A stretch of 64,000 bases of DNA from a virus (lineage: Duplodnaviria; Caudoviricetes). Shown here in pieces: positions 19,601-29,000 of this stretch. Position 1 is the stretch's first letter; each line of letters starts with the position of its first letter. Position numbers and translations under genes: made by a program. Below the pieces are notes generated by a model, which had not been told where the DNA came from, made no database searches, and worked only from the letters and a program-made list of their open reading frames with translations. The DNA lies in the IMG/VR virus record IMGVR_UViG_3300047576_000028, positions 1-64,000 of that record, one strand, 5' to 3'.

Positions 19601-21756
19601 AGCGGTGCCGTATTTGTTCCGGTCAGAATTCCGGAAAACGCCACGCTGCCAGCCGTGCCGCCAGTTGTTCCGCACACCCATGCGCTGCCATTCCAGTTCA
19701 AGTGCTGTCCGCCGGCGTCCGGGCAGGACGGCACGACTAAATATGCCGCCGTATTCGCCGCCGTAATGACCGGCACGCCACTAGTAGCCGGACTGGACGG
19801 ATACGACACCCCGTTCACCGAGGTGACCGTTAGCGCACCGAAGGTGCCGGACACATTCCCCCCAGCGCTGCTTGTGCTGGATAGGAGCGACTGATCGCTA
19901 CCGTAGTAGAAATGCAGCGTCCCTGCTTGATTACTGACCTGACCGTTGGCTGGGCTGGTGACCGCAACGCCGCTGGGTATTGTGAATGATGGGTTGGTCG
20001 TCGTGCTCGCGGCGAACGCAGCCGTCCCTGGAAATGTGAATGGGTTTGCGATGCCCAAGATCGCGGTCCCGCCGCTGTACGTTTCAGTTAATTGCCCAGC
20101 CGTAATCGCGACGTTTCCGGCCCCAAGCTGCGATGCGCTGGCGGTTTGGATGCCAATCGTCACATTCCCCGTGAGCGCCTGGGACCCTCCGGTCAATGGC
20201 GATTGGGCGATGACATTCAACCCAGAAAGCACGAACGACTGAGCGGATGAGCCATTGTAAAAGTATGGCACGTTGGATGCCGCCCAAATCATGCCAGCGG
20301 TAGGAGCGCTGGGAGCAGTTCCATTGGGCAACACCAGCGACGGGCTGCCCGTGGTGCTTGCCGCTAAGGTCGCCGCGCCTGGAAGTATCAGCGGATTCGC
20401 AAAACCCACTGTGGCGCTGCCAGAGCCGTAGGAAATGGCGGTCTGATTGGCAGTTGGCAGCACATTGCCGATTCCGATTTGGATTCCGCTTGCTGTCTGA
20501 ATAAATCCGTTCGCCAAAGTACCGCCCGAACCGGTTTCAGGAATTGCATTAGCGGTTGGCGTCAAGGTGAATGGTGGTCCAAGCACCAGCGTGTTGGCCA
20601 CCGCGCTCCAAGCGGCTATGGCGTTCGCACCGGTAATGCCAGCCGCGTGCACATTCCCTCCGCCGCTTCCGGGCACAAATCCGCCGTCAACGAGATCGCC
20701 ATTTGCGCCTACGAGGATTACATTTCCGGGCGTGTAGGTGCCGGTTCCAGTAGCAACTAAGTTGCCCGTCCCAGTAGGATGCGCCAGCGTCGTCACCGTT
20801 CCACCGGCGACGCTGGCGATGACGCCGGAAAAGGCAGGCATTACAACTGGAGACGCGAAGCCGGTTCCGAGTAATTGCAGCACAGCGCTAGGCATTGCTC
20901 CGCTAGACACCGGGAAGCCTTGCCCAAGCGAGGTGCCAGTCCCGTTTGCCCATGAAGCGAGATAGCCCGTGGTGGTCGTCGATGGCCCGATAATACTTCC
21001 GGTAGCACATTTCACTCCCGCATCGGTTACTGCACCGTTTGTATTTTGCAGGCAATCCCCATTCACGAACGCGCCGGTACCCACCATAGTGATCGAACCA
21101 GAGCCGCTAGGATTAGCGAACGACGTGACTCCAGCCGCACTCTGAACGACGCCGGTCAATGGCTGGATGAAACTCCAATCGAGCACGCCTGACAGATTCG
21201 TTTCCGGGATGACGTTTGGCCCTGCTGTGACGACCAATGGGAAGCCTGGAGTAAGCGCGGGATATTGCCCCCACGCCGGGACATAGCCGCTCATCGCCGC
21301 AGTCGGGGCCGTTACCGCTTGGCTGATAGTTGCATAGGGCGCTGGCTGAATCACGCCTTGCAACACGCACGTCACAACCCCGCCGATTGACGGGCAATAA
21401 GGCAATGAGGCCGTCGCTGGAATACTCCACACTTGCGTGAATGACGTAGGGTACGGCGGCTGGCAAAACCCGCTAATAGCGTACGACGTTCCATTGAGAT
21501 TCGGCGGAAGGTAACCGTTTACAATGCCATTCTGCACCGCCCATTTGACCGTTACGGGAAAGAACGTCGTACCGGATATCGAAACCGTGGTTCCATTGCT
21601 CTGCCCCGAAATCGATAGCGTGCAATTAGCCTTCAGTGGAGATCCGGGAACGGTTGGATCTCCAGCACTAAAATATGCTGAATCGACGATGTGTGTGAGC
21701 GCTTGCTGCCCGAAAGCAGGCAATGCAATGGCGATGATAATTAGGAGTTTGCGCAT
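16672..21756 (-). CDS. 1694-aa Gly/Thr/Ser-rich fibre-like protein with a signal peptide
   Basis: MRKLLIIIAIALPAFGQ; fibre motifs ANNLVQLNGSAQLPAV, PTNGQVLQW, SNGTNW. Confidence 0.7.
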   Translation of the reverse strand: MRKLLIIIAIALPAFGQQALTHIVDSAYFSAGDPTVPGSPLKANCTLSISGQSNGTTVSISGTTFFPVTVKWAVQNGIVNGYLPPNLNGTSYAISGFCQPPYPTSFTQVWSIPATASLPYCPSIGGVVTCVLQGVIQPAPYATISQAVTAPTAAMSGYVPAWGQYPALTPGFPLVVTAGPNVIPETNLSGVLDWSFIQPLTGVVQSAAGVTSFANPSGSGSITMVGTGAFVNGDCLQNTNGAVTDAGVKCATGSIIGPSTTTTGYLASWANGTGTSLGQGFPVSSGAMPSAVLQLLGTGFASPVVMPAFSGVIASVAGGTVTTLAHPTGTGNLVATGTGTYTPGNVILVGANGDLVDGGFVPGSGGGNVHAAGITGANAIAAWSAVANTLVLGPPFTLTPTANAIPETGSGGTLANGFIQTASGIQIGIGNVLPTANQTAISYGSGSATVGFANPLILPGAATLAASTTGSPSLVLPNGTAPSAPTAGMIWAASNVPYFYNGSSAQSFVLSGLNVIAQSPLTGGSQALTGNVTIGIQTASASQLGAGNVAITAGQLTETYSGGTAILGIANPFTFPGTAAFAASTTTNPSFTIPSGVAVTSPANGQVSNQAGTLHFYYGSDQSLLSSTSSAGGNVSGTFGALTVTSVNGVSYPSSPATSGVPVITAANTAAYLVVPSCPDAGGQHLNWNGSAWVCGTTGGTAGSVAFSGILTGTNTAPLTIGTGGSLTFSGTGTNNASNVNGIAYPAVPGSIGMIPVVTSISGAGAVTYEAGSLTVAATANQTTVSGCAPVALTGTCTIGTVQSIGTASSPTFAGLQLGSTTLASAGTGTSTFPAVNGTVVTTGTSALVTNAMLANSSFTIAPQSPLSLGGSVALGGSVNLSIATASATQIGAGNVAAGTGVVVTYSGGVALVSLANSVPSAYCGAGVCNSTGSSYGTSYTVGAAANNLVQLNGSAQLPAVSAALLTNFPTLNQPTTGTSAGLNGVLMSALGTGMVYNTGGTGIPSIAIDCTAFVSPACMDSGALPASVTAFADSSTAAIGGGLTVGTNGAAMAAAYYQSGVTFGAACTFTITGGGGTGAVFTSSGTLSAGSLLTLSSGGVNYTTNPTTATVSGSGCSGTPVLTTLLSVGTIQMQDGLGNQWGIGPYSGMTGAFSLAPSTILIQGVSAVGANVGGGAVQIGCGAGTGNAAPCAVQFLGYSAGSPGSTAQVPFPSVNVIGYALVPQHDYLVANSGSLGTSTDRWGAYLGNPSVYGTLALQSVARIATSTLGSGGTSTYNPGDTFSVNGGNPANSALGTVLTTSASPGAVVTYVLTNWGTNYAVASGVATTAITGTGTGLTINIVTLGGYSNQITAPPTGFNSVWNQMMGGDVSGFVETSTVTAIQGNNISTNTPTNGQVLQWSAGASHWAPATIGGSGTVTTTGSPGSGGLAIFSGATSIAPIAVTRAGDIGYFNGSVWQTLAGNNSGTNCLQEASSGVPSWVACGGGGGISFLSSASDFAGVKTNATTLTFGTGMSSTSYVNKMVGNQVYEYTTDVVAVLSSGSATGTLYNYILPNGTFVCGTDTLTITSCTGGSTSIVTGLTGFPVNTIPIYKWTSLTTAGVWDATGGLDFQAYQGIKVLAASGSGQPVTITETGSLSTIGVPYPASVAFAALGSVPAAGIFVYCNNCTTAATCTGGGSGHMAVSNGTNWTCQ

Positions 21757-21758
21757 GG

Positions 21759-21953
21759 TTAGCCTTTTGGATCTTGCGGTTTTGGGTCGGGGATATCGAA
21801 GCCGTCCCGCTTGCCGAAATCGAATACGCTGTTCTGTTGCGGCAGATTGGCGTCACGCAGCGCTATCCGCATCTGCATCTGCATGGCGGTCCAATATGGC
21901 GCAAAGAGGGCTTCCAGTTCAAAGTGGACTGCTGGGGAAAATGTTATTCGCAT
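21759..21953 (-). CDS. Hypothetical protein
   Basis: AAGGAG-type spacing, coupled to the next gene. Confidence 0.45.
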   Translation of the reverse strand: MRITFSPAVHFELEALFAPYWTAMQMQMRIALRDANLPQQNSVFDFGKRDGFDIPDPKPQDPKG

Positions 21954-22031
21954 AAGGAGTTTACCCTATATACACAACGTGGGTATTCGTGCAATTCTAA
22001 TGGTGGTGGTTCCCCAATGGGTTGCCATCCG

Positions 22032-22095
22032 CGCGGGGCGGGATGCCGGGTTCAGTCCTATTCCTCCAGGGCCAACTCAGGCCCCGCCCTGAAAC
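22032..22095 (+). promoter_or_regulatory. Conserved leader hairpin, copy 1 (copy 2 at 25571-25623)
   Basis: CGCGGG..GGGATGCCGGGTT..AGTC..AACTCAGGC..GCCC.GAAAC with compensatory changes. Confidence 0.55.
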
Positions 22096-22109
22096 CGGGC
22101 CGCATGTTC

Positions 22110-22139
22110 TTGACGTACACCGCATACATGGTGTACAGT
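22110..22139 (+). promoter_or_regulatory. Promoter TTGACG-N18-TACAGT with a GTACACC/GGTGTAC operator
   Basis: ATG at 22147 follows directly (leaderless). Confidence 0.6.
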
Positions 22140-22146
22140 ACTTGCA

Positions 22147-22392
22147 ATGGCTAAAGATCTCATGGTTTTACTGGCGACATCCGAACTGGCACGGATTTTG
22201 CTTGCTTTCGCCCTCTCGGCGGGGTGCGCGTTCGGGCACTTCCTCGGCCAGTACTCATACAGCAAGACCCTCCCGCTGCCGCGCACCCGCAAGCAACGGC
22301 TAATGCGAATGTGTTCCGTCGCTGGGCCTACGGCTTTGCTGCTGGCCGTAGGATTCGCATTTACTTGGTTTCTTATGAGCATCCCGGAGTAA
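22147..22392 (+). CDS. Two-TM membrane moron
   Basis: Own promoter; stop codon supplied by mini-element E. Confidence 0.55.
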   Translation: MAKDLMVLLATSELARILLAFALSAGCAFGHFLGQYSYSKTLPLPRTRKQRLMRMCSVAGPTALLLAVGFAFTWFLMSIPE

Positions 22393-22523
22393 GCAACCCC
22401 ACGGCTAAAGCCGGGGGCTTTTAGATTCCACATGCGAAAGATCAAAACACTTCGCTGCGGTTCGAGTCGGCTTACTCCGGCCATGCCGGACGACGCCAGC
22501 CTGACTGCTCAGATCCAGAAGTG
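22389..22523 (-). mobile_element. IS200/IS605 mini-element E (omega-RNA-like core)
   Basis: About 105 bp near-identical to 52494-52599; ends GGGGTTGCTTAC; preceded by TCAC. Confidence 0.85.
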
Positions 22524-22722
22524 GTGATTAGCGCAGCCTGCGGAGACGTGGATGCTCATAGTGGATTCGGCTAGCAGATCCTCGTCCTCCGAATCCCATT
22601 CAACCGGAGCAATGTCGGGTTCGGCTTCGCGCACACGGAGAGCAAGGCCGCGTCTTGCCCAGGCATAGGCATTAACGGCTGCACGAAGACCGTCAATCAT
22701 CTCCGCCAGCACGCCCGGATAA

Positions 22723-22753
22723 GCTTGACATTCCTCCCGTAGTCAAGCATAAT
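22723..22753 (+). promoter_or_regulatory. Promoter TTGACA-N17-CATAAT overlapped by a GCTTGAC/GTCAAGC inverted repeat
   Basis: Near-consensus hexamers. Confidence 0.7.
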
Positions 22754-23213
22754 GTTTACCAAAATCATTTTAAGCGGAGCGTATACCCAAATGCAAATAC
22801 AGGAAAGACAAGACCGGGGTCAGCGAAACTTGGACTTAGTTCGCCTAATCTTGTACGCTATAGAACAAGATCAAAAGTTCGATGCCCTGTGGAAGTGCGA
22901 AAAGTGCGATTTCTTTATTGGTTATCCAGAGGAATTAGGAATCTTAGGTCACTCTCGCGAAGAATTTCAATATCACCTAAGATTACTTACAGAAGCCGGG
23001 CTAGTAGCTTCTGGTGGCAGCGGCCCGTTGCTCTCAGGTGAGCGGCCCGTACGCGGATTGACCTGGGACGGGCATGAGTTTTTGGAAAACATCAAGACCG
23101 ATTGGATATGGGAGAAGGTAAAGAAACAGGCTTCTGGCTTAACCGGTGTTGGCATGAAGGTTCTGGCAACGCTTGCCGAAGCCGAAGTGAAGCGACATTT
23201 AGGGATCGGTTAA
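22752..23213 (+). CDS. DUF2513-like winged-helix protein
   Basis: RNLDLVRLIL...YHLRLLTEAGLV...LTWDGHEFLENIK..WEKVK. Confidence 0.8.
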   Translation: MFTKIILSGAYTQMQIQERQDRGQRNLDLVRLILYAIEQDQKFDALWKCEKCDFFIGYPEELGILGHSREEFQYHLRLLTEAGLVASGGSGPLLSGERPVRGLTWDGHEFLENIKTDWIWEKVKKQASGLTGVGMKVLATLAEAEVKRHLGIG

Positions 23214-24339
23214 TTTCACCGCTGGCATTTCGGAACTTGATGGACTACTCAGCCCTTTACGCTGCTCCAGAAGACGAACTACGTTCAAACCTACTGAGTC
23301 GGCCTCGTCTGGCGCAAATGCTACTCCAATTGGGCCACCAATCGGGACAAATTCAAAGTACTCCATCAATACCTGATGCACAGCCTGGCAAATTTCCAAG
23401 GGCGTGGCGATGATGACATCGGCTTCCACGGAGCACGCTGGGCGGCGGATTGTCAATGGCTGGCACATTTCATATCCTAGCTAACGGAACACTACCTTCA
23501 TTTTGACATGCGCGGGAAACTGTGTCAAGATGGCTTGGTAGTGCCTGAAACCGCACGGTGTGCTCCCGTGAAAATCTCCGCGCCGCTCTCGCCCTGGTGG
23601 ATGACCTCATCGGCCAACAGTGCATGAGCGCCGCCGCCGTCATGGGGCGCAAGGGCGGTAGTTCTCTTGCCGCAACACGCGGGCCGGAATACTTCCGCAA
23701 GTCGGCCGCCCGCCGCAAGACCCACGCCGGGGGCAGGCCGCGCAAGCAAGTCGAGTGAACTACCTTTCCAGTCCTTCGGTACTCAGCAAGAGCGAGATTT
23801 TTTCTCCCCCATGGTGAGCGCTTAGGCTACCGATAAAGGCCCTAACGTAATCGCGCAACGTGCTGTCGAAATGCCCCTGCAAACCGGACATTCAATTAGC
23901 CCTATAAGACGGAGATCGCGTTGCGATCCAAGATTCGCCTGAACGGGCACCTTGACCTGGGCCTTGCATTCCTGGTTTGAGCATTCTACAATCACGGCTT
24001 CCAAATCCGACAGGGAAGCGATCAGTTCTTTCCTCATGGAAACCATAGTAGTCCTTTTTGTATTGGATTTCCCTTTCAGAGAAGCACTCGGCAGTCAGTT
24101 TGCTAGACATTTCTAGAGCCTAGGAAATTGGGACGATTTGGGAAATTCCCAACTCTTCCCAATCTGTCCCGATGTTCCTGAGCCCGCCAACCGCCACCTT
24201 TCAGGCACTACCGATGGCTTTGGGGGCGGCTCAGCCGCGCGCTAGCGTTGCCTTTGGAGCCATGTTCTCAGCAAACCTCCCTCCTTGGGCCGCCCCTTCT
24301 TTCCCAGAAACCAGTGCGACATTGCATAATTCAGATGGC

Positions 24340-25476
24340 CTAGCTTGCGGACTGCAATAACCCGGCCGCCGAAATAAGATTCGCCAAGAAGTTGTAGCCG
24401 GTGTCGTTTACGATGGGCATCTCGCCCAGCACCGTAATCTCGCCGCCACTGGTATATGCCGATCCAGGAGCGCTGCCATTGCTCAGCGTGATTGTCGTGG
24501 CCGTCAGAGCCGTAATGGTCGAATTCTGGTTGTACGCGCTGGGCGTTACGGATGTGATAGCCATTAACTGCCCGCAAGCCATGCCGACCGTTGTCGAAAC
24601 CGTGACTACCATTGGAGCGGCATTCGTAATGCCAGTGATGACCCGGCTGTCCCCGTAGAGCACGATTCCGGTGCCTTGCGTCACTTGAGCCAGCGCGTTC
24701 ATGTCAGAGCCAATGTCCGCGAGGATTGCCGTGAACGATGGGAGGTAGTTCAGCGCCGTATCGGAGTTAGCGAGCACGGCCTGAAGCAGCGCGCCCGCCC
24801 CGCCGCTGGTATCGACAATTGAGATCATGCCGTTGCCCGTGCCGCTGGCATTGACCGTATTGGGCATCTGGGACGTGCTGGGCGCGATGGTTGAGCCGTA
24901 GCCGCTGCCAACCTGCGACATAGCCAGCGATCCGCCACCGGTCGAGGCACCGCTGATACACAGACCGGTGATGTCCAGATGGCAGCCGGTACCGGTGCCG
25001 CCAGTCGTCGCCACATTGGATGCGATGGCGTAGCCGAAACCGACCTGCGCCCCCGCGCCGGTGAAGTTGACCGTTGCGACCGCATTACTGGCTCCAAGCG
25101 TGGCAACGTACGCGATTCCGCCTGTGCCGCCAGCCACGGGAAGGAGATCTCCCACAGCATAGCCCGTCCCGGCAGCGCCGGAGTGCGGCACGGCGATATC
25201 GAGGCCAAACGACAGCGTAACCACCGCCTGCACCTGCGAGGCCGCATTCGGGACGCCCAGCCCCGGCGCGATGACACACGTTGTTGTCGTATTGTTGAAG
25301 GCGTGGCCGCCCGCCAGCACGTTCACCGAGGCGATGCCGTTTTGCAGATACCCGGCTGACAGTTCACTCAAGAGCGCGCCGAAGTTCACTAGGTCGATGT
25401 TTAGCAGGTTGAGTAGCTTGGCCTTTGTCTTCAGCGTGTGATCCAGAGTGTTTCTCGTTATCGCATTGATTGGCAT
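24340..25476 (-). CDS. Putative virion accessory protein with Gly-rich beta modules
   Basis: GTGYAVGDLL..GGTGG..GTGCHLDIT module; ITGITNAAPMVVTV domain. Confidence 0.65.
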   Translation of the reverse strand: MPINAITRNTLDHTLKTKAKLLNLLNIDLVNFGALLSELSAGYLQNGIASVNVLAGGHAFNNTTTTCVIAPGLGVPNAASQVQAVVTLSFGLDIAVPHSGAAGTGYAVGDLLPVAGGTGGIAYVATLGASNAVATVNFTGAGAQVGFGYAIASNVATTGGTGTGCHLDITGLCISGASTGGGSLAMSQVGSGYGSTIAPSTSQMPNTVNASGTGNGMISIVDTSGGAGALLQAVLANSDTALNYLPSFTAILADIGSDMNALAQVTQGTGIVLYGDSRVITGITNAAPMVVTVSTTVGMACGQLMAITSVTPSAYNQNSTITALTATTITLSNGSAPGSAYTSGGEITVLGEMPIVNDTGYNFLANLISAAGLLQSAS

Positions 25477-25570
25477 GGGGTTTACGTTACCTTCGCTTTA
25501 TGTTCGTCGGGTATATTCCGTCTTGCGTCCGTGCGCTTAGTCGTCGTATCATGGGTTTGTCGTTCTACCA

Positions 25571-25623
25571 CGCGGGCCGGGATGCCGGGTTAGTCTAGTA
25601 AACTCAGGCGCTCGGCCCGAAAC
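25571..25623 (+). promoter_or_regulatory. Conserved leader hairpin, copy 2
   Basis: Downstream of TTGCGT-N18-TATCAT, upstream of AGGAGAG and the ATG at 25642. Confidence 0.55.
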
Positions 25624-25641
25624 AAATGCAGGAGAGTTGAA

Positions 25642-26010
25642 ATGCTGAAACGGATTGCTGTAGTTTTCGCCATCGCCGCTGGTTGCGCGTTCGGGCAGAC
25701 AATCTTGGTATCTTCCAAAGTGCTGGCTGTGCCTGCTGGCCTCACACCCGTAACTGCTGCCAATATCGGCGTGCTGGTCGTGGTGCAAACATCTGTTGGA
25801 TCAATCGGGAAGATTGAGATTCGCCTCGACTATTACGACGGTGCCGGGGCCGTCCATGAGGTTCGCCAAACCGTGAGCCGCACACAGACCGTCGGCGGGT
25901 TCGATCCTTCTCCAATCCCGGTATTGTTTGCCGTCCAGGTTGCCAGCATTGCCGCAGTCTACGTCGAAGGCTTCAGTCCATCATTAGTACCACAACAGCC
26001 TGTGGACTAG
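25642..26010 (+). CDS. Secreted hypothetical moron
   Basis: Signal peptide ending AAGCAFG-Q; RBS present. Confidence 0.65.
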   Translation: MLKRIAVVFAIAAGCAFGQTILVSSKVLAVPAGLTPVTAANIGVLVVVQTSVGSIGKIEIRLDYYDGAGAVHEVRQTVSRTQTVGGFDPSPIPVLFAVQVASIAAVYVEGFSPSLVPQQPVD

Positions 26011-29000
26011 CCATTGATTAGCCCGTGTGTCTGAAGGTCCGTAATAAGTGCCCCAAGGGTTTCGGCCACAGTGCTCAGCGTGGCTGTGGCAGTGTTGAGA
26101 GTTCCACGGCTCACAGAGCCGGACACGGCGTTCCATCCAGTCTGCTGACCCGCAAGTACCTGTTCGTAATCTATGAAAATGTGGGAATTGCCAAACCCGG
26201 CGGTGATTAGCTGGATACCACCGCTGCTCTCGTACAGCAATGCCAACTCCGTAGCCTCACCCGCCGCAATGGTGATTACGACACTATTTACCAATGTCGT
26301 AACGTTATCTGTGAGGGTCACATTAAGCCCCGCACTAACTGATACGCAAGTAAGCTCAGAGACCAGAGACGTTGAGTGCCCGCCCACACCCGTACCGGAC
26401 GCCGACGTTGCCACGTAGCCATTGGTGAGGTCTATTAGCCCGCCCGTAGTGCTGTTGTACACCGAGACCGCCACGCCGGCGCTGTTCAGGCTGATTGTGT
26501 ACGGCCCGTTTGTGCAGACGATTTCCGGCGCATAGAAGGCAATCGCCGCCGTGACAATGCCACCAACAAGTTGTATGAAGACACCATTCGCCGCATCAAC
26601 GGTATCCGCGTTTAGTGATCCGATGGTAATGTTCCCGGCCGCCGCGCCAGACGCGAAACTTGAAGACTCCAGGGTTGCCAGTTCCATTAGGCCGTTGCTG
26701 ATGGATGTGTTGGCGTAATACTGATTCAGGATGGCCTGATCGGCGATCACGACATCTCCGCCACTCAGGCTGAGCGGCCCGCCCGTGCTGACTATCTGAT
26801 TGCCAAATCCGTCGTTCGCCAATCCGGCCCCAACGGGACCATAGAGCACGACATTGTTGATCCAGATAGTCCCGGCCGTTGAGCAGATAAATTCGGCGGC
26901 GACGTAACTAGCATTTGATGGCGCTATTCCAGCGGCAGTGTACAAGCCCCACGAGGTTCCGGGCGTAACAAGGGATGGGGTGCCACTTACAAAGCCACCC
27001 GTTGAATTGAAGAACGAGACGTACACGTACAGGTTGCCGCCGCCGCCAGACGACGGCTTGCACGCGGCAACGGACAGCGGGAACGCCTGCCCCGGCTTGC
27101 ACTCCGTTAAATTACAGACAATGCCCTGCGTTCCGTAAACGCAATTTATGAGCTTTAATGCATTCGTGCCAGACGTGTATGCCGACCCGGTACCACCGGA
27201 GGAGTTTGCCAGCGAGTCTACATACGCCACCGAAGTCGCAATTGGGACCCTCCCGGTAAGGTAGTTAGGCGCTGAAGACTGACACCAATCTCCCACGGTA
27301 GGCTCCGTCGTACTTCCAGGCGGGGCGGCTCCAACCGTAATTGCAAAGATGCCGTCCGCAACCAAGTTATTCGAGACGCCAATGGAAATGAGATTCCCGA
27401 AACTATCTACCGCCGTGCCAGCGCCTGTAGGTATAAGCGTCGCGAAGGTGATGTCGTCGATCCGATAATTACCGACATTACCAGCGCCGCCCCCATTGGC
27501 CGCGTAGAACAAGGCTTGAACCGCCCCCGTAGGCGCGGTCACGACCTGGGTAATGGCCGTCCACGAGGTGACGATTGGATACGGAAGGGGAGATGTGGAG
27601 AATACCGAACCGCTGGAATTGACCCAGGCAACGGTCATGGTCATCTGGCCGTAAGTGGTGGTGGTCCCTGCATCGCACTCAACAAATGCGGCCATTACGT
27701 ATTGCGCGCCCGCATCGACAGAGAACACGTAGACCACGCCATTTTGCGCGACTTGGTATACCTGTGTTGCGGTCCCGGCCGCAATTTGCAAGCAGTGAGC
27801 GCTGCCGTTATATCCCGGCGAAACCAAACTGGCGCTGCCACTGAGCGCCCAGCACGCCCCCACTGTTCCTAGCGGCTGTTGATCGAAGTTCCCGTTCTGC
27901 ACCATGTCGCCGAGCGCGCCAGGGGTACCGGAACTCTGAATTGGATAACCGCTGCCACCAGAATATCCAGGACCAAGACTGGTTGCCGCTATCCGGTTGG
28001 CGGCAATACTACCAAGCGTCTGCAATTCGACCGTGCCAAGAATAACCGTTGGTGTGGTGGATGCGATCCAAGGATTCAAGACAAACGCGGCGGTTTCCCC
28101 GACAACAAACACCATGTACGCGGTAGGTGCGCCCATTTGATACGGAGAGGATACCGACTGCGTTTGCGAAGGTTCGATCGATCCGGCCCATTGGTCGCTT
28201 CCGGCCCCCGCTACATCGACGACAAACTTAGAATACGCGGCCCCGCCATAGGTTACTGAGGCGGTCACCCCAGTGTGCGCCGGGTGCGCCCCTGGAGACC
28301 TCGTGATCGTCCACAGCGCCAGCCAGTCTCCGGTTCCATATAGCAGCGCTTGCGATAGGCTTTGAATCGTGAACGCTTCTGCGTTAGAGGTCCCGGCGTC
28401 GATGATTATAGTGTCGCCGTTCGGCGAGTTGGCGGTAGAATCCTGGATCAGTCCAAAGCGCGCCTCCATCGTGGCGAGCGTTATGCCGGTTCCGGGCGTG
28501 ACGCCGGTTTGCAGCGTGCCGGTTGTCGTGCCGGTGATTGTAATTTGATTCAGCGCGCCCGCTACCAAGCAATACAGCAGCCCGTTTACCGAAGCTCCCG
28601 ATGCTGGACTGGCAAGCGCCGGATTGAATAACGGGCCAGCGGTCCACGTTACGGTTTTGCCGTCCGAGGCGACGGTTATCTGCTGCGGGACTGCCCACGG
28701 CGTGACGTATACTTGTACCGTGCCGCCTGCATACCCGGAAGTCTCGCTGGGAATGGCAGTTGTCCCGGACAGGCCCGGACCAGGAGCCGCCAACACCGCA
28801 AACGGGCAGAGAAACACATTACTCTGAAACCACTTTGGATCGGATGGCGGCGTAGCCTTGACGATTAGCTGCCAGCACTCATCCGCCGTTTGGCCGCCGC
28901 TTGCCGCATTGAAGTAGCGGGCGGTGGCAGTCACGCCAGTTACTTCACCCACCGGTCCAGTTGCCCCAACGGCTGTAATGTTGATTACGCTACTCGGCGT

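Noticed and set aside
10956-21955. Many 60-220-aa ORFs overlapping the giant genes
   Set aside because: Shadow ORFs from GC-rich codon bias
22077-22484. ORFs containing KAPGFSRG (also 52488..52682 and the start of 8108..8356)
   Set aside because: Translations of the IS end hairpin, not proteins
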